From Mobula birostris (taxonomy: Eukaryota), in NCBI RefSeq assembly GCF_030028105.1, contig NC_092384.1, positions 3,577,665-3,641,664 on the forward strand: a stretch of DNA of 64,000 nucleotides. Direction: 5' to 3'. The notes under the pieces were generated by a model. That model did not search any database and was not told the origin of the DNA. It was given only the letters and a program-made list of their open reading frames with translations. Shown one piece after another: positions 13,501-25,354 of this stretch. The translations under genes were made by a program, and so were the position numbers. Position 1 is the first letter of the stretch. Each line of letters begins with the position of its first letter.

Positions 13501-14200
13501 ATTTGTTGATATTAATTCGGACTACTGAGACGTAGCAGCTTTGAAGTTTTTACTGCATACTTTGCTTCAGCGTTTACCAAGGGAAAGGACATAGCGGACC
13601 AGGTGATCAGTACTGAGTGCATAAATATATTAGGGCGTTTAAAGGTCATGGAGGAAGAAGCGTTAAGTCTCCAAATCAGTGCTAAGGTGGACAATACCCC
13701 TGACAGATGGGATTTACTCCTGGCATTTGAAGAATGCAAGAGACAAGAAGCCTTCTGCCCGCCCCAGTATCATTGTGTCCTCTCTAGGCATAGGAGAGGT
13801 CTCGAGCAGCTGGATAGTGGCTAACTTTATACGTCATGTAGGCGGTGCACAAGGGAAACCTCTGTGAACTATAGACTTGTGTACAACAATAGTCGTGTGC
13901 AAATTGCTGGAGAAAATTATAAGAGATAGGATATATGAGCATTTGGAAACCCATTGTCTAATTAGGGAGAGCCAGGGTGCTCTGGTTGGTGCAAGTTGTA
14001 TCGTTTCAATTTGATTGTGTTTTCTGACAAGGTGACAAAAGTTTGATGAACCTAGGGCATTGGACGTTGTCTACATGAATCTTAGTAAGCGTTTGACAAA
14101 GACCCTCATGTGAAGCTAACCAGAGCATTAAAATGCATGCGGTCTATGGTGAATTGGCTGGTTGGATTCAGAATTGGCTTGCAAATAGAAGACAGAGGAT

Positions 14201-15132
14201 GCAAACAGCAGGAATTCCGCAGATGCTGGAAACTCAAGCAACACACATCAAAGTTGCTGGTGAATGCAGCAGGCCAGGCAGAATCTCTAGGACGAGGTGC
14301 AGTCGATGTTTCAGGCCGAGACCCTTCGTCAGGACTAACTGAAGGAAGATTTAGTAAGAGATTTGAAAGTGGGAGGGGGAGGGGGAGATCTGAAATGATA
14401 GGAGAAAACAGGAGGGTGAGGGATGGAGCCAAGAGCTGGACAGATGATTGGCAAAGGGAATATGAGAGGATCATGGGACAGGAGGTCCGGGGAGAAAGAC
14501 AAGTGGGGGTGGGACCCAGAGGATGGGCAAGGGGTATAGTCAGAGGGACAGAGGGAGAAAAAGGAGAGTGAGAGAAAGAATGTGTGTATAAAAATAAATA
14601 ACGGATGGGGTACGAGGGGGAGGTGGGGCATTAGCGGAAGTTGGAGAAGTCGATGTTCATGCCATCAGGTTGGAGGCTACCCAGACGGAATATAAGGTGT
14701 TGTTCCTCCAACCTGTATGTGGCTTCAGCTTTATAGTAGAGGAGGCCGTGGATAGACATATCAGAATGGGAATGGGATGTGGAATTAAAATGTGTGGCCA
14801 CTGGGAGATCCTGCTTTCTCTGGCGGACAGAGCGTAGGTGTTCAGCAATGCGGTCTCCCAGTCTGCGTCGGGTCTCACCAATATATAGAAGGCCACATCG
14901 GGAGTACCGGATGCACTATATCACCCCAGCCGACTCACAGGTGGTGTCGCCTCACCTGGAAGGACTGTCTGGGACCCTGAATGGTGGTAAGGGAGGAAGT
15001 GTAAGGGCATGTGTAGCACTTGTTCCGCTTACAAGGATAAGTGCCAGGAGGGAGAAACGTCCTGAAACGTCGACTGTACCTCTTCCTAGAGATGCTGCCT
15101 GGACTGCTGCGTTAACCAGCAACTTTGATGTG
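14201..15132 (-). mobile_element. 5'-truncated Penelope-like element (GIY-YIG remnant) with inverted pLTR piece, inserted in an old CR1
   Basis: Minus strand reads GVI*CIRYSRCGLLYIGETRRRLGDRIAEHL. 14244-14315 and 15061-15132 form a 72-bp inverted repeat. Flanks agaagacagaggat (14187-14200) and agaagacaggggat (15133-15146) look like a 14-bp TSD. Confidence 0.85.
14301..14336 (-). ncRNA. Minimal type I hammerhead ribozyme motif in the Penelope pLTR (one stem III substitution)
   Basis: Minus strand AGUC-CUGACGA-AGG gucucgg CCU-GAAAC-AUC-GACU gives a 4-bp stem I, the CUGANGA and GAAA cores and a 3-bp stem II. The usual ACGU palindromic stem III reads ACAU here. Confidence 0.7.
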
Positions 15133-16030
15133 AGAAGACAGGGGATAGTGATTTAAGGGACTTATTCGAGCTGTAGAACTGCACTTAGAGGTGTTCCGCA
15201 GGGATCTCTGTTGGGACCTCTGAAGTTGGTGGTTTAAAATGTAGATCGGTGAGAATGAGTACGTTTGCGGATTATAACAAGATTGTTGGAGTTGTGTACG
15301 GTGTAGAAGACTGGCAAACAATAGATTTAGACAGATATATGGGAGATGGTGTTACACCTTGGCAGGGCATTCACAAGAAAACAGCACACTGTTACAGGCA
15401 AGACCCTTAACAGTTTTGCTTACCAGAGAGATCTTGGGGTCCAAGTTCATTTCTATGAACGTGACTGCATACATCCGTAGGGAGGTTCAGAAGGATTATG
15501 GAATGCTTACTTTTATTAGTTGAGGCATTGAGTTCTAAATTAAAGATGTTGTGACTTTGGAGAGGGTGCAGAAGAGCTTAACCAGGACGCTACTGGTTTA
15601 GAGGACATGTGCTTTCATGAGATGCGGGACAAATTTTGGTTGTTTAATTTGGAGCGGCGGAGTCTAGGGTAAGGTCTGATGGAGGTTTATAAGATCATGA
15701 GAGGCATAGATAGAGTACAGTGGGAGTATCTTTCTTCTCAGGGTAAAATGTCGAAAACCAAAAGGCATGCAGTGAAGATGAGAGAGAATAGGTTCAAGGG
15801 GATGTGAACGGTACTTTTTGTTTCACTCAGAGAGCGCTGGATTGTGCTTCCTGGAGACTTTGAAGTAATGTTCAGATAGGCACATGAATATAATGGAAGA
15901 TGGCGAAGAGGGACATTTTCTAGGTTGGAGATATTAGGCTTTGGGCTGTTTTATTTACTTCTTAGCTGAGTCAGCACAATTTTGAGAGCCAAAGAGCCTG
16001 TTCCCGTGATGTGCTGTTCATTCTTATGTT
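15133..16030 (+). mobile_element. Old CR1 RT/3' remnant (continuation of the host at ~13860-14200)
   Basis: Decayed gttccgcagggatctctgttggga and gggtgcagaagagcttaaccagg motifs. Confidence 0.7.
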
Positions 16031-16827
16031 TTCTGTATTTGACAAAGTACCTTTGGAATTTCATTCGTAATTTCAACAATAGTTTAGAGAAAATTCGTTA
16101 ATTTGTTATTTTTAGGACCATGACAATCAGAAATCTATCATGACAGGGTAAGCGTCCAAAAGATTATTCCAACTTAGAGTCAAACATTGATATTATTCTC
16201 TGTCGTTCAATCAGCAGGCATATAAACCTCTTTCGTATGAATATTTTGTGTCATTACATTAAATAACACCAGAACAGTTCTATAAATGCATTCTGCGCTA
16301 TATTGTCAACTACATGGGTATTGCTACATTGCTGAATTCATGTACCCATACTGAGTTCGGTAAATACCTCAACTTTCCCTTCAATTTCCACACTATCGTC
16401 AAAATCACTTAGTCCATTACTGTCACCTCCCAGACCCCCACCACCACAATCTCTCTGTCTCTATCAAGAAGACATGTAAGAACAGAAGTATCTAAGAGAA
16501 TCTCAGCACTAAAATTTTGCACAGGGAGCTATTGTTGTTTGTTATTGCCAGTCAGAGTTAGTGATAAAATCAGATGATATAACTATATATTGTAGTCCAA
16601 GTTTAAATTGGAGCGATGGAGAAGAATGAACACCTGCCAAAAACAGATGACATTGGTTCAGATTATCAACAAGGGCTTAGTGGACAAATTACTGTATTAT
16701 CTCACTCAGTAGCTCGTTAGGCAATTAACACAGAAACATTTAAGACAAGCTGTGAGTGATTAATCACTGAGACGGCAAATATTAAGCATTTTGAATGAGC
16801 AGTAACTGTTAAAGCAACTTGCCCCCT

Positions 16828-17133
16828 TTAAGACGTCTCAGGTACCTATCATAGATTCACGATTGGGATTCAGTAATTCTGTACAGCAATAAATCTGCTG
16901 GAGACGCAGTTTGAGTGGCATCCATAGGAGAAAAGAATTGGTTGACTTTTCAGGTCAGAACTCTAATTGGCTCCACGCTCTGTGACGAAGCAGAGTTCTT
17001 ACCTGGAACGTCAACAAATTATTTTGTCATATAGATGCTACTCAAACTGCTAAGCTTCCCCAGCAAACTGATTGTTCTATGGAATTTCTGAATCTTTGTA
17101 GTGAAGATATGATAGGTACCTGAGACGTCTTAA
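16828..17133. repeat. ~306-bp imperfect palindrome with perfect 26-bp outer arms around a Penelope-derived foldback
   Basis: ttaagacgtctcaggtacctatcata (16828-16853) is the exact reverse complement of 17108-17133; the inner arms also pair imperfectly and contain a decayed TGACGA...GGAACGTC hammerhead-like core. Confidence 0.85.
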
Positions 17134-17289
17134 TGGTGCTAAATTTCTCCAGAATTTTCTTTTTTGTTGTTTCATAGATCGAGCATCTGAATTCTCTTGT
17201 GCTTCCTCAATGACAACATTTTTTTGAATATTAAAACAATATGTAACATATTCATTTGTTTGTTTATTTATGAATGAATTTATTTACCG

Positions 17290-17520
17290 TACAGAATAGG
17301 CCTTTCCAGCAATCCCCCGATCTAATCCTACCCTAATCACGGGACAATTTACAATGACCAATTAACCTACAAACTGCTAGATCTTATGGACTGTGGGACG
17401 AAACCGGAGCACCCGGAGGAAACCCACACGGTCACGGGAAGCATGTACAAGCTCCTTACATGCAGAGGCGGGAATAGAGCAAGGTCACCCTACTGTAAAT
17501 GGTTTTGCTACCACTACGTT
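17290..17520 (-). mobile_element. V-SINE/HE1-like tRNA-derived SINE
   Basis: Contains gtgggacgaaaccggagcacccggaggaaacccacacggtcacggg, the conserved V-SINE core in antisense, and a caatgaccaattaacctac 3' portion. Confidence 0.75.
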
Positions 17521-18129
17521 ACCATCCAGCTACATACCTTTGTCATTCGTCATCCTAATTAAAATGCATTTTAGCTGATGTGCAGGAAACAGAATATTGT
17601 TCTGTATGGACATTGCTTAGTTCGGAGGGATTCATTTATATATATATGGGGATCTAACAGTGTACATAACTGGTCTGGGAAATTGTAAATAGAAGTCAAC
17701 CTGGTAAAATGAAAGGTTATTCACCTGCATGTTCAAATTTGAAGGCAAAATGCAGTGTTAATAACAGGATTCTTTGTAGTGTGAACCGATGGATCTTGGT
17801 TTCCTGCCCATAGGTCTCCAAAAATTACGGTGCAAGTTGAGAGGGCTGTTTAGAAGGCATATGGTGTATTGGCTTTCATTGATAGGGGATTGTTTTCAGG
17901 AGCCGCAATGTAATTTCAGTATTCTATCAAAACCCTATCTGGACATTGGAAATGTTTGAACCAATTAAACCCTGGAATATTGAGTTCATTTGTGTTTCGC
18001 TCATTATGAGAAGGGTATGGGCACTTTAGGGAGGCTGCACAGGAGATTTACCAGGATGCTGGTAGGCTTCCAGGAGAGGCTCAGTTTCTGGTACTTCTGG
18101 TTTCATTGGTCTGAACTATGGAGGAAGGA

Positions 18130-18760
18130 ATTTATAGAGGAATGGAAGCATGATTCTGAAGTGGTGGCTTCAAAGGAGATAGCTCAGACAGGAGAGGATG
18201 CTCAGAGAGAAGAAGTAGGATATTATCTTAATAATGGGCTGTTGATGAGGAAACGACCCTGCAAGTCAAGTGGTGGTTCCGAAAGTTTACAGGGCTGAAA
18301 TTTTAAGCATGGCTTACAGTATTTCTTTAGGTGAACATCATGGAGTGAGAAAGACAGTGAACAGGATTATGAAGGATTTTTGCTGGCCCAGTTTAAGAAA
18401 GGACGTTGTGGAATTTTACAGGACTTGTCATACCTGACAAGTTGAGAGGAAATCTCATCAGGTTATTCAGATAGCACTACTAAAACTGATACCTGCTTTT
18501 TGTGAGCCCTTTTATTAGGGTGATATTGGATTGTGTAGGGTCATTGCCAAAGACTGCAGCTGGTTATCAGCATCTGTTAACTTTTATGGTTGCAGTGTCA
18601 AGGTTCCCTGGAACCATGTCTCCTGAAAATATCGAGACCAAGACTGTGGTGAAGTCAGTCAGTAAGGTTTGCACACTGGTAGGTCTGCCCAAGAAACTCA
18701 ATTTGACCAGGGTAGTAACTTTATTTGGAGAAAAAAAAAGAACACCAACAAACTGCATGC
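18130..18760 (+). mobile_element. Gypsy/Ty3 integrase relic (zinc-binding region plus catalytic core start)
   Basis: Reads H.GVRKTVNRIMKDFCWPSLRKDVVEFYRTCHT*QV, then PFIRVILDCVGSLPKTAAGYQHLLTFMVAVSRFP; frameshifted; no LTRs seen. Confidence 0.8.
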
Positions 18761-19813
18761 ACTGAAATCCATAGTAAACAATGGATAAAATGAATGGGCT
18801 CAGGGAATCCAGCATTATCTGGGAGGATGTTAGGGATGGTCGATATTTGAGTTGAGATTCGGTTTCTGGATTTGTTGATGATGCACCTCATAGTGGTGCA
18901 TTTTCTCGACACAAAATTCGGAGTATTCTTTTCCGGCCACAAATGATAAAGACCCGCTGACCTACCCCAGCAAAATGATTGTCCCTTTAGTTTTAAGTAA
19001 AGTGACTTAGGCTTTAACAAACTCTTCATAAGTTCGATGTATTTTCAAAGGAAGTAGACTGATAATGCATTAGCCATATTGTCTTTTCATCCTCATCTTC
19101 ATTCAGAGAATGTCTCTTCGCATCTGCTGAGAAGTGAACTGTGATGAATCGACAAGCAAGAGGGTGACAGTTATTACTGGATACAGATGTCATATATTAA
19201 TGGCATGGTGGGTGGATGATGTTTCACGATATACCATATGGAGGCTAAAACTGCCTTCTGTGTGTTGCGTTCCTTTCGATGAATCTGGACACTTGTTTTT
19301 AAATCTTATAGTTCACAGAGTCTGAGATCTCTCAGGTACGAGGCAACACATATTGAGGCAAAGCAGGGGTGTAAACAAATTTCATCACCAAACTTGTATG
19401 CATCATCAACGATCATATTTACAACGATGCTACTTCTATCGTCATTTCAGAGGTTCTTGTATTCTCTTCACTGTAGAACATGGGACGTAAAGAAATACAG
19501 CAGATTGGTCTACTGAATTAATTAAAATAGTATTTAAAAAATTAACTGAACCAATCCCTTCAGCCTACATAATGGCCATATCCCTCCATTTCCGGACACT
19601 CGTACACCTACCTAACAGTTTCTTAATCGACTGAATGACAAACTTGCCAGCACAATGTTGTTGATATCTCAGTCATCCGAGCTATATCGATCTGTATAAC
19701 ACTTTTCCACAGCGTTGTATTTGTCAACCTGGAGTGGTGAGCGGAGCGATTTATAAACCTGGCGGGAGACATGGGTGCTGGGAATAACGAGAGTGGAGCA
19801 CAGCGGGAGCGGT

Positions 19814-21676
19814 ATAGAAACATAGAGACATAGAAACATAGAAAATAGGTGCAGGAGTAGGCCATTCGGCCCTTTGAGCCTGCACCGCCATTTATTATGA
19901 TCATGGCTGATCATCCAACTCAGAAACCTGCCCCAGCCTTCCCTCCATAACTCCTGATCCCCGTAGCCGCAAGGGCCATATCTAACTCCCTTTTAAATAT
20001 AGCCAATGCACTGGCCTCAACTGTTTCCTGTGGCAGAAAATTCCACAGATTCACCACTCTCTGTGTGAAGAAGTTTTTCCTAATCTCGGTACTAAAAGGC
20101 TTCCCCTTTATCCTCAAATTCTGACCCCTCGTTCTGGACTTCCCCGACATCGGGAACAATCTTCCTGCATCTAGCCTGTCCAATCCCTTTAGGATTTTAT
20201 ACGTTTCAATCAGATCCCCCCTCAATCTTCTAAATTCCAACGAGTGCAAGCCCAGTTCATCCAGTCTTTCTTCATATGAAAGTACTGCCATCCCAGGAAT
20301 CAATCTGGTAGACCTTCTTTGTACTCAAGATATCTTTCCTCAGATTAGGGGACCAAAACTGCACACAATACTCCAGGTGTGGCCTCACCAAGGCCTTGTA
20401 CAACTGCAGTAGTACCTCCCTGCTCCTGTACTCGAATCCTCTTGCTATAAATGCCAGCATACCATTCGCCTTTTTCACCGCCGGCTGTACCTGCATGCCC
20501 ACTTTCAATGACTGGTGTATAATGACACCCAGGTCTCGTTGCACCTCCTCTTTTCCTAATCGGCCACCATTCAGATAATAAGCTGTTTTCCTATTTTTGC
20601 CACCAAAGTGCATAACTTCACACTTATCCACATTAAATTGAACCTGCCATAAATTTGTCCACTCGCCCAACCTATCCAAGTCACTCTGCATCCTCTTAGC
20701 ATCCTCCTCACAGCTAACACTGCCACCCAGCTTCGTGTCATCCGCAAACTTGGAGATGCTGCATTTAATTCCCTCATCCAAGTCATTAATATATATTGTA
20801 AACAACTGTGGTCCCAGCACTGAGCCTTGCGGTACCCCACTAGTCACCGCCTACCATTCTGAAAAGGTCCCGTTTATTCCCACTCTTTGCTTCCTGTCTG
20901 CTAACCAATTCTCTATCCACATCAATACCTTACCCCCAATACCGTGTGCTTTAAGTTTGCACACTTATCTCCTGTGTGGGACCTTGTCAAAAGCCTTCTG
21001 AAAATCCAAATATACCACATCCACTGGTTCTCCCCTATCCACTCTACTAGTTACATCCTCAAAAAATTCTATGAGATTCGTCAGACATGATTTTCCTTTC
21101 ACAAATCCGTGCTGACTTTGTCCGATGATTTCACCGCTTTCCAAATTTGCTGTTATCACATCTTTGATAGCTGACTCCAGAAGTTTCCCCACCACCGACG
21201 TTAGGCTAACCGGTCTATAATTCCCCGGTTTCTCTCTCTCTCTCCTTTTTTAAAAAGTCGGGTTACATTAGCCACCCTCCAATTCTAAGGAACTAGTCCA
21301 GAATCTAACGAGTTTTGAAAAATTATCACTAATGCATCCACTATTTCTTGGTCTACTTCCTTAAGCAGTCTGGGATGCAGACCATCTGGCCCTGGGAATT
21401 TATCTGCCTTTAATCCCTTCAATTTACCTAACACCACTTCCCTACTAACATGTATTTCGCTCAGTTCCTCCATCTCACTGGACCCCCTGTCCCCTACTAT
21501 TTCTGGAAGATTATTTCTGTCCTCCTTAGTGAAGACAGAACCAAAGTAATTATTCAATTGGTCTGCCATGCCCTTGCTCCCCATAATCAATTCACCTGTT
21601 TCTGTCTGTAGGTGCCTACATTTGTCTTTACCAGTCTTTTTCTTTTTACATATCTATAAAAGCTTTTACAGTCAGT
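19814..21676 (-). mobile_element. 5'-truncated CR1 (family A), paralogous to 1261-3114
   Basis: Minus-strand ORFs 21285-21590, 20965-21195, 20272-20847 and 19920-20303 carry RT motifs; same 5' truncation point as copy 1; tail in antisense at 19814-19845. Confidence 0.95.
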
Positions 21677-22934
21677 ATGGGGCAGGTACCGTGAAGGTGA
21701 ACAGGGGGTGGCTGTGGTGCGGAGCAAACACACCCAGCCCTGAGACAGCAGGCAAGCTCAGTTGATTCCAAACATTTCATTCATTGGTCATTACAAAATG
21801 TCTCTCTGGTACTTTCCACTCCATCCATTTTCCATTCTCACGTCTTCTTTCTACTAGCTCCTGTCGTGGTTTCACAAATGACAAGGAGTCGCCGAAAAAT
21901 TATCAAGAAGTTTCAAACTTTAATTTGTAAATCAAAGCTGAGACAGTCAGTGTGGCTAGCCTCTGAACCAGTACTTCAATTCAGGTAACATTCTGGTCAA
22001 TATCCCCTGTAACCACTGGAGAGTTTCCATGTATTTCATATTATGAAATGATCAGAAGAGAACACAATACTTTAAGTGTGATTTAAGCAGAATTATAAAG
22101 AGCTGTAATATTATCTCGCAGCTCTTAAACTCTATCCCCTGACTAATGAAAATGAACAATGCAACGCACCATACGTCTTCCTAACAACCCAATCAACATT
22201 CACTGCAACACTCAGGTGCATATGGACGTATAACGCAAGGTCCCTCTGTCCCGTCACACCTTTCATCACTATGCAGTAAAAAAAGCGAATGCTCCCAATA
22301 TCGCAAGCCTGCTAGAAACTTCCGCACAGTCCTCTTCACTTTTTAAATGTCGCCTCCACCTCGTTAGCACATCCAAAACATCGACCTGCAATTACTTGGA
22401 CAACTACTGGAATCATAATATCGACAGTCTGTAGTAACAGACGTGTGCCTGTGCAGTCGGACTACTGCTTAACAATAAACATGACTACATCGCGCGCCAT
22501 TTGTGATTATATTAAGCGTACCGATTGCGAGTTTTAAAGTTAATTTAGTCATTGCGCTGTATCTGATATAAGCATCTTGGAGTATCTTCAGTTTAGCAAG
22601 ATTATAGTGCATTGAGCTCCGCTACAAAAAAAAAAAACAAACTATTTTACTTCACTATTTAGTCTTTACAGAAAAGTCCAGATTTCAGTTATCACTGTTT
22701 CGTGCGGTATTGCGCTTAAATATGTCAATAACTATTACTTGACCTTGGAGAATATCATCTTGCCGTCCCAGGAAGCTGAGAATAGCAGAGAAAATCTTAG
22801 GGCCTGGAGGGTGAATCGCAAGCGTAATGAGGCCTCTCCGTCGCCATGGAAGAGTCGAACTGAATGATACTGTATGATTCCATACTTAAATGACCCTTGT
22901 GCAATCTTTAATCTTCGCATACCTACCCAATGTC
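19814..22934 (+). repeat. Right arm of the inverted segmental duplication (upstream region of the Ig receptor gene)
   Basis: Reverse complement of 1-3114; homology ends at the CR1 tail on the inner side and at the window edge on the outer side. Confidence 0.95.
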
Positions 22935-23414
22935 TACACGTACGACTCGACAAAACAGTTTGGAGAATATTCACTACGCTCATTTTACCTCAGGTATACA
23001 GATCAAGGACCGATGAAAATTCCGGCATTTTTTAAGATTGCGCTCATACCAAAGCCCCGCAAAATCCCAAGATATGCAGTCCTTTACTTTAATTGTCGTT
23101 TTAGAGATGTGTGCACAAAGATACCTGGGTTCCGGTTCAACAAAGGCACAGTTCCCAATCCATTGTTCATCGCCTACCAACATGCCTCTGTATTTTAAGT
23201 TTTTGAATTCTAAGCATTAAGCAACTCCTAATAAATACTTCACATTAATCGCTAATCAAATGTTATTTTTACAAACGTCCAAGCTATAAACTGACTGAAC
23301 TCTTCGGGGAGCCCAAAGATTGTTATACCCCACCATACCGCCTAGCACAACCCTGTCTGCACCGCCTAACAGATAACTAAAAATAACAAAAACTTAATTT
23401 GTATGCTATCTTCA

Positions 23415-23427
23415 TCCCTCCCTCCCT

Positions 23428-23515
<88 letters not shown>
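23415..23515. repeat. Compound microsatellite (CCCT)n-(C)n-(CT)n-(CTAT)n
   Basis: Directly visible, about 575 bp upstream of the ATG at 24091. Confidence 0.95.
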
Positions 23516-23779
23516 TTGCCTCCCCCACACTCCACATCCGTTTGGAAGCCCGGATTTTGATAATTAGCTGTCTGGATTCATCAGTTTTCGGCTCATTATT
23601 TCCTCTTAGTTTTTGATAGAGTTTCCTTTTCCTCTATCATTTGCACTCATCCTTTATGCGACACTATTTATCTAAAGCTTCTGCGAACTCCTACGAAGGC
23701 AGAGGTAATAGGTTCAATTGTTCTGCCTGTTCCTTTTCACTCTAATGCTGTGACTGCATGTTTTTTTGGTTTTTCATAA

Positions 23780-24090
23780 AGACACTGTAACCACAGCGGT
23801 GTATCTTTCCGCCGAGTTACTCTCGCATTCGATTTCCATTCCTCAATGTGTTTCATAACAACTGAGAAAGCCAATGGAAATTCTGACCTGATTGTAATAT
23901 CAGATACGTCCAGCCAGCGTGCAACTTTAAACGTTTTTATTTTGTTCGCCGTTGTGACATAATTTGAAACAAAGTCATCAGTTGCAACAGCTTTTCCATC
24001 AGGCACCCTTAAAGCTTCCTTTCCTTGTGTTATTTGACTGAGCCGCTGCCAGACAGTTACCACTGTTCGAATTTATTGCTTCTGTTCAAA
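23780..24090 (+). promoter_or_regulatory. Putative TATA-less proximal promoter of the Ig receptor gene
   Basis: Lies just upstream of the leader ATG; RUNX-type AACCACA at 23789-23795 and ETS-type CTTCCTTTCC at ~24015-24024. Short motifs only. Confidence 0.3.
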
Positions 24091-24145
24091 ATGCAAATAT
24101 TTACTTTGTTGCAGTATCTCTTAGTCCTGCAGATTACTTACACTG
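24091..24145 (+). CDS. Exon 1 (signal peptide) of V(J)-C1 inhibitory Ig receptor: MQIFTLLQYLLVLQITYT
   Basis: ATG in aaaATG context, hydrophobic 18-mer, phase-1 donor G|GTATGT compatible with the V exon acceptor. Confidence 0.8.
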
Positions 24146-24375
24146 GTATGTATACGCTTCTCTCGTTAATGCTGAATAACGGAACGGGTGCAGGGGATAT
24201 CTTCATGAGGTACTTTTTGCTCAATTAGTAAATCGCAGTTTAGTTAACTACAATTGATTTACTTTAATCACAAGGAAATTGACCTTTTTTTCGTTTACAG
24301 TGACAGTTTATGTTTTTTTCTGGTCAATAATGCCGATCATTATGCTCTGATAACGAATATTTTTCATTCTGACAG

Positions 24376-24696
24376 TTGCTGACAGGGCCTCGTTCACAAT
24401 ACACCAGTTTCCTGAGCAGGTGACGAAGGCAGAGGGTGAAAGTGTGTCAATTTACTGCACCTACCCAATCTTCGCTCAGAACTCACTGGTGGATGTTTAT
24501 TGGAGGAAAGGGGGACAAAAACAATTTATAGATGCCACTGCAGAGAGAAGGATGAGTATTATAACTTCAGAGCAAGGTTCTGCCGAACTCCATATCCTCG
24601 GGGTGAGTTTCGGTGACTCTGGAATCTATTATTGCAGTGTGAGAGACTGGACAAGAAAATTTTCCCAAGGCAATGGCACGAACGTTATTGTACACG
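24376..24696 (+). CDS. Exon 2: V-set Ig domain with germline-joined J-like strand
   Basis: Acceptor ttttcattctgacag, donor G|GTAAGT, 321 nt, phase 1-1. Motifs VSIYC, VYW, AELHI, DSGIYYC and SQGNGTNVIV. Confidence 0.95.
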
Positions 24697-25354
24697 GTAA
24701 GTCTCACTCGGCGTGTCTTAGACAAATGCAACGACTACATTTAACGGAGCGCGTTATATATTGATAAAGTAGAACAAGGGACTGCCACACTATCCACAAT
24801 AGTATTCTTCCTTTCGGGTTTGAATAACCACCGTTTACTGTTGGTGGAACAGTGTAATCTCCGAAAGAACATTGTTTTCTAATTTCAGAAAAAAAAAGTA
24901 TGCTCCTTTTTTATCTGGAAATTTAATTCCTGGGAAGTATATCTAATGAAGAATTTTAAGTCCGTAGCTAGGCAATTACTGAAATAGAATGTTACATGTG
25001 TTAACTGAAATTATTTCATCCGATTGTAGACCTGTGAGTTACAGATGATGTCGTGTCCTTCGTAAGTTAAGAATTCAGCGATTACCTGCAGAATATCAAA
25101 ACGATTCTGGAAAAGGTTCCAATGTTTTGTCAGCATATATAACAAATAACCGCTTCTCGGGTTTCCAGCCGGGTACAAATATCAATTGCAACCGATGTCT
25201 CGGTTGCATACTCTGGCATCATTAGGAAAGCCCGAGAATAGTTTATTTGTAAACTCGAGTCTGTCTGTCACTTTGCAAATGGAAAAAAAAATAAATAAAT
25301 GTTTGTTATGTCTATTTAGCGAATGGAGAACTTCTAAACAGAATTAACTTTTAA

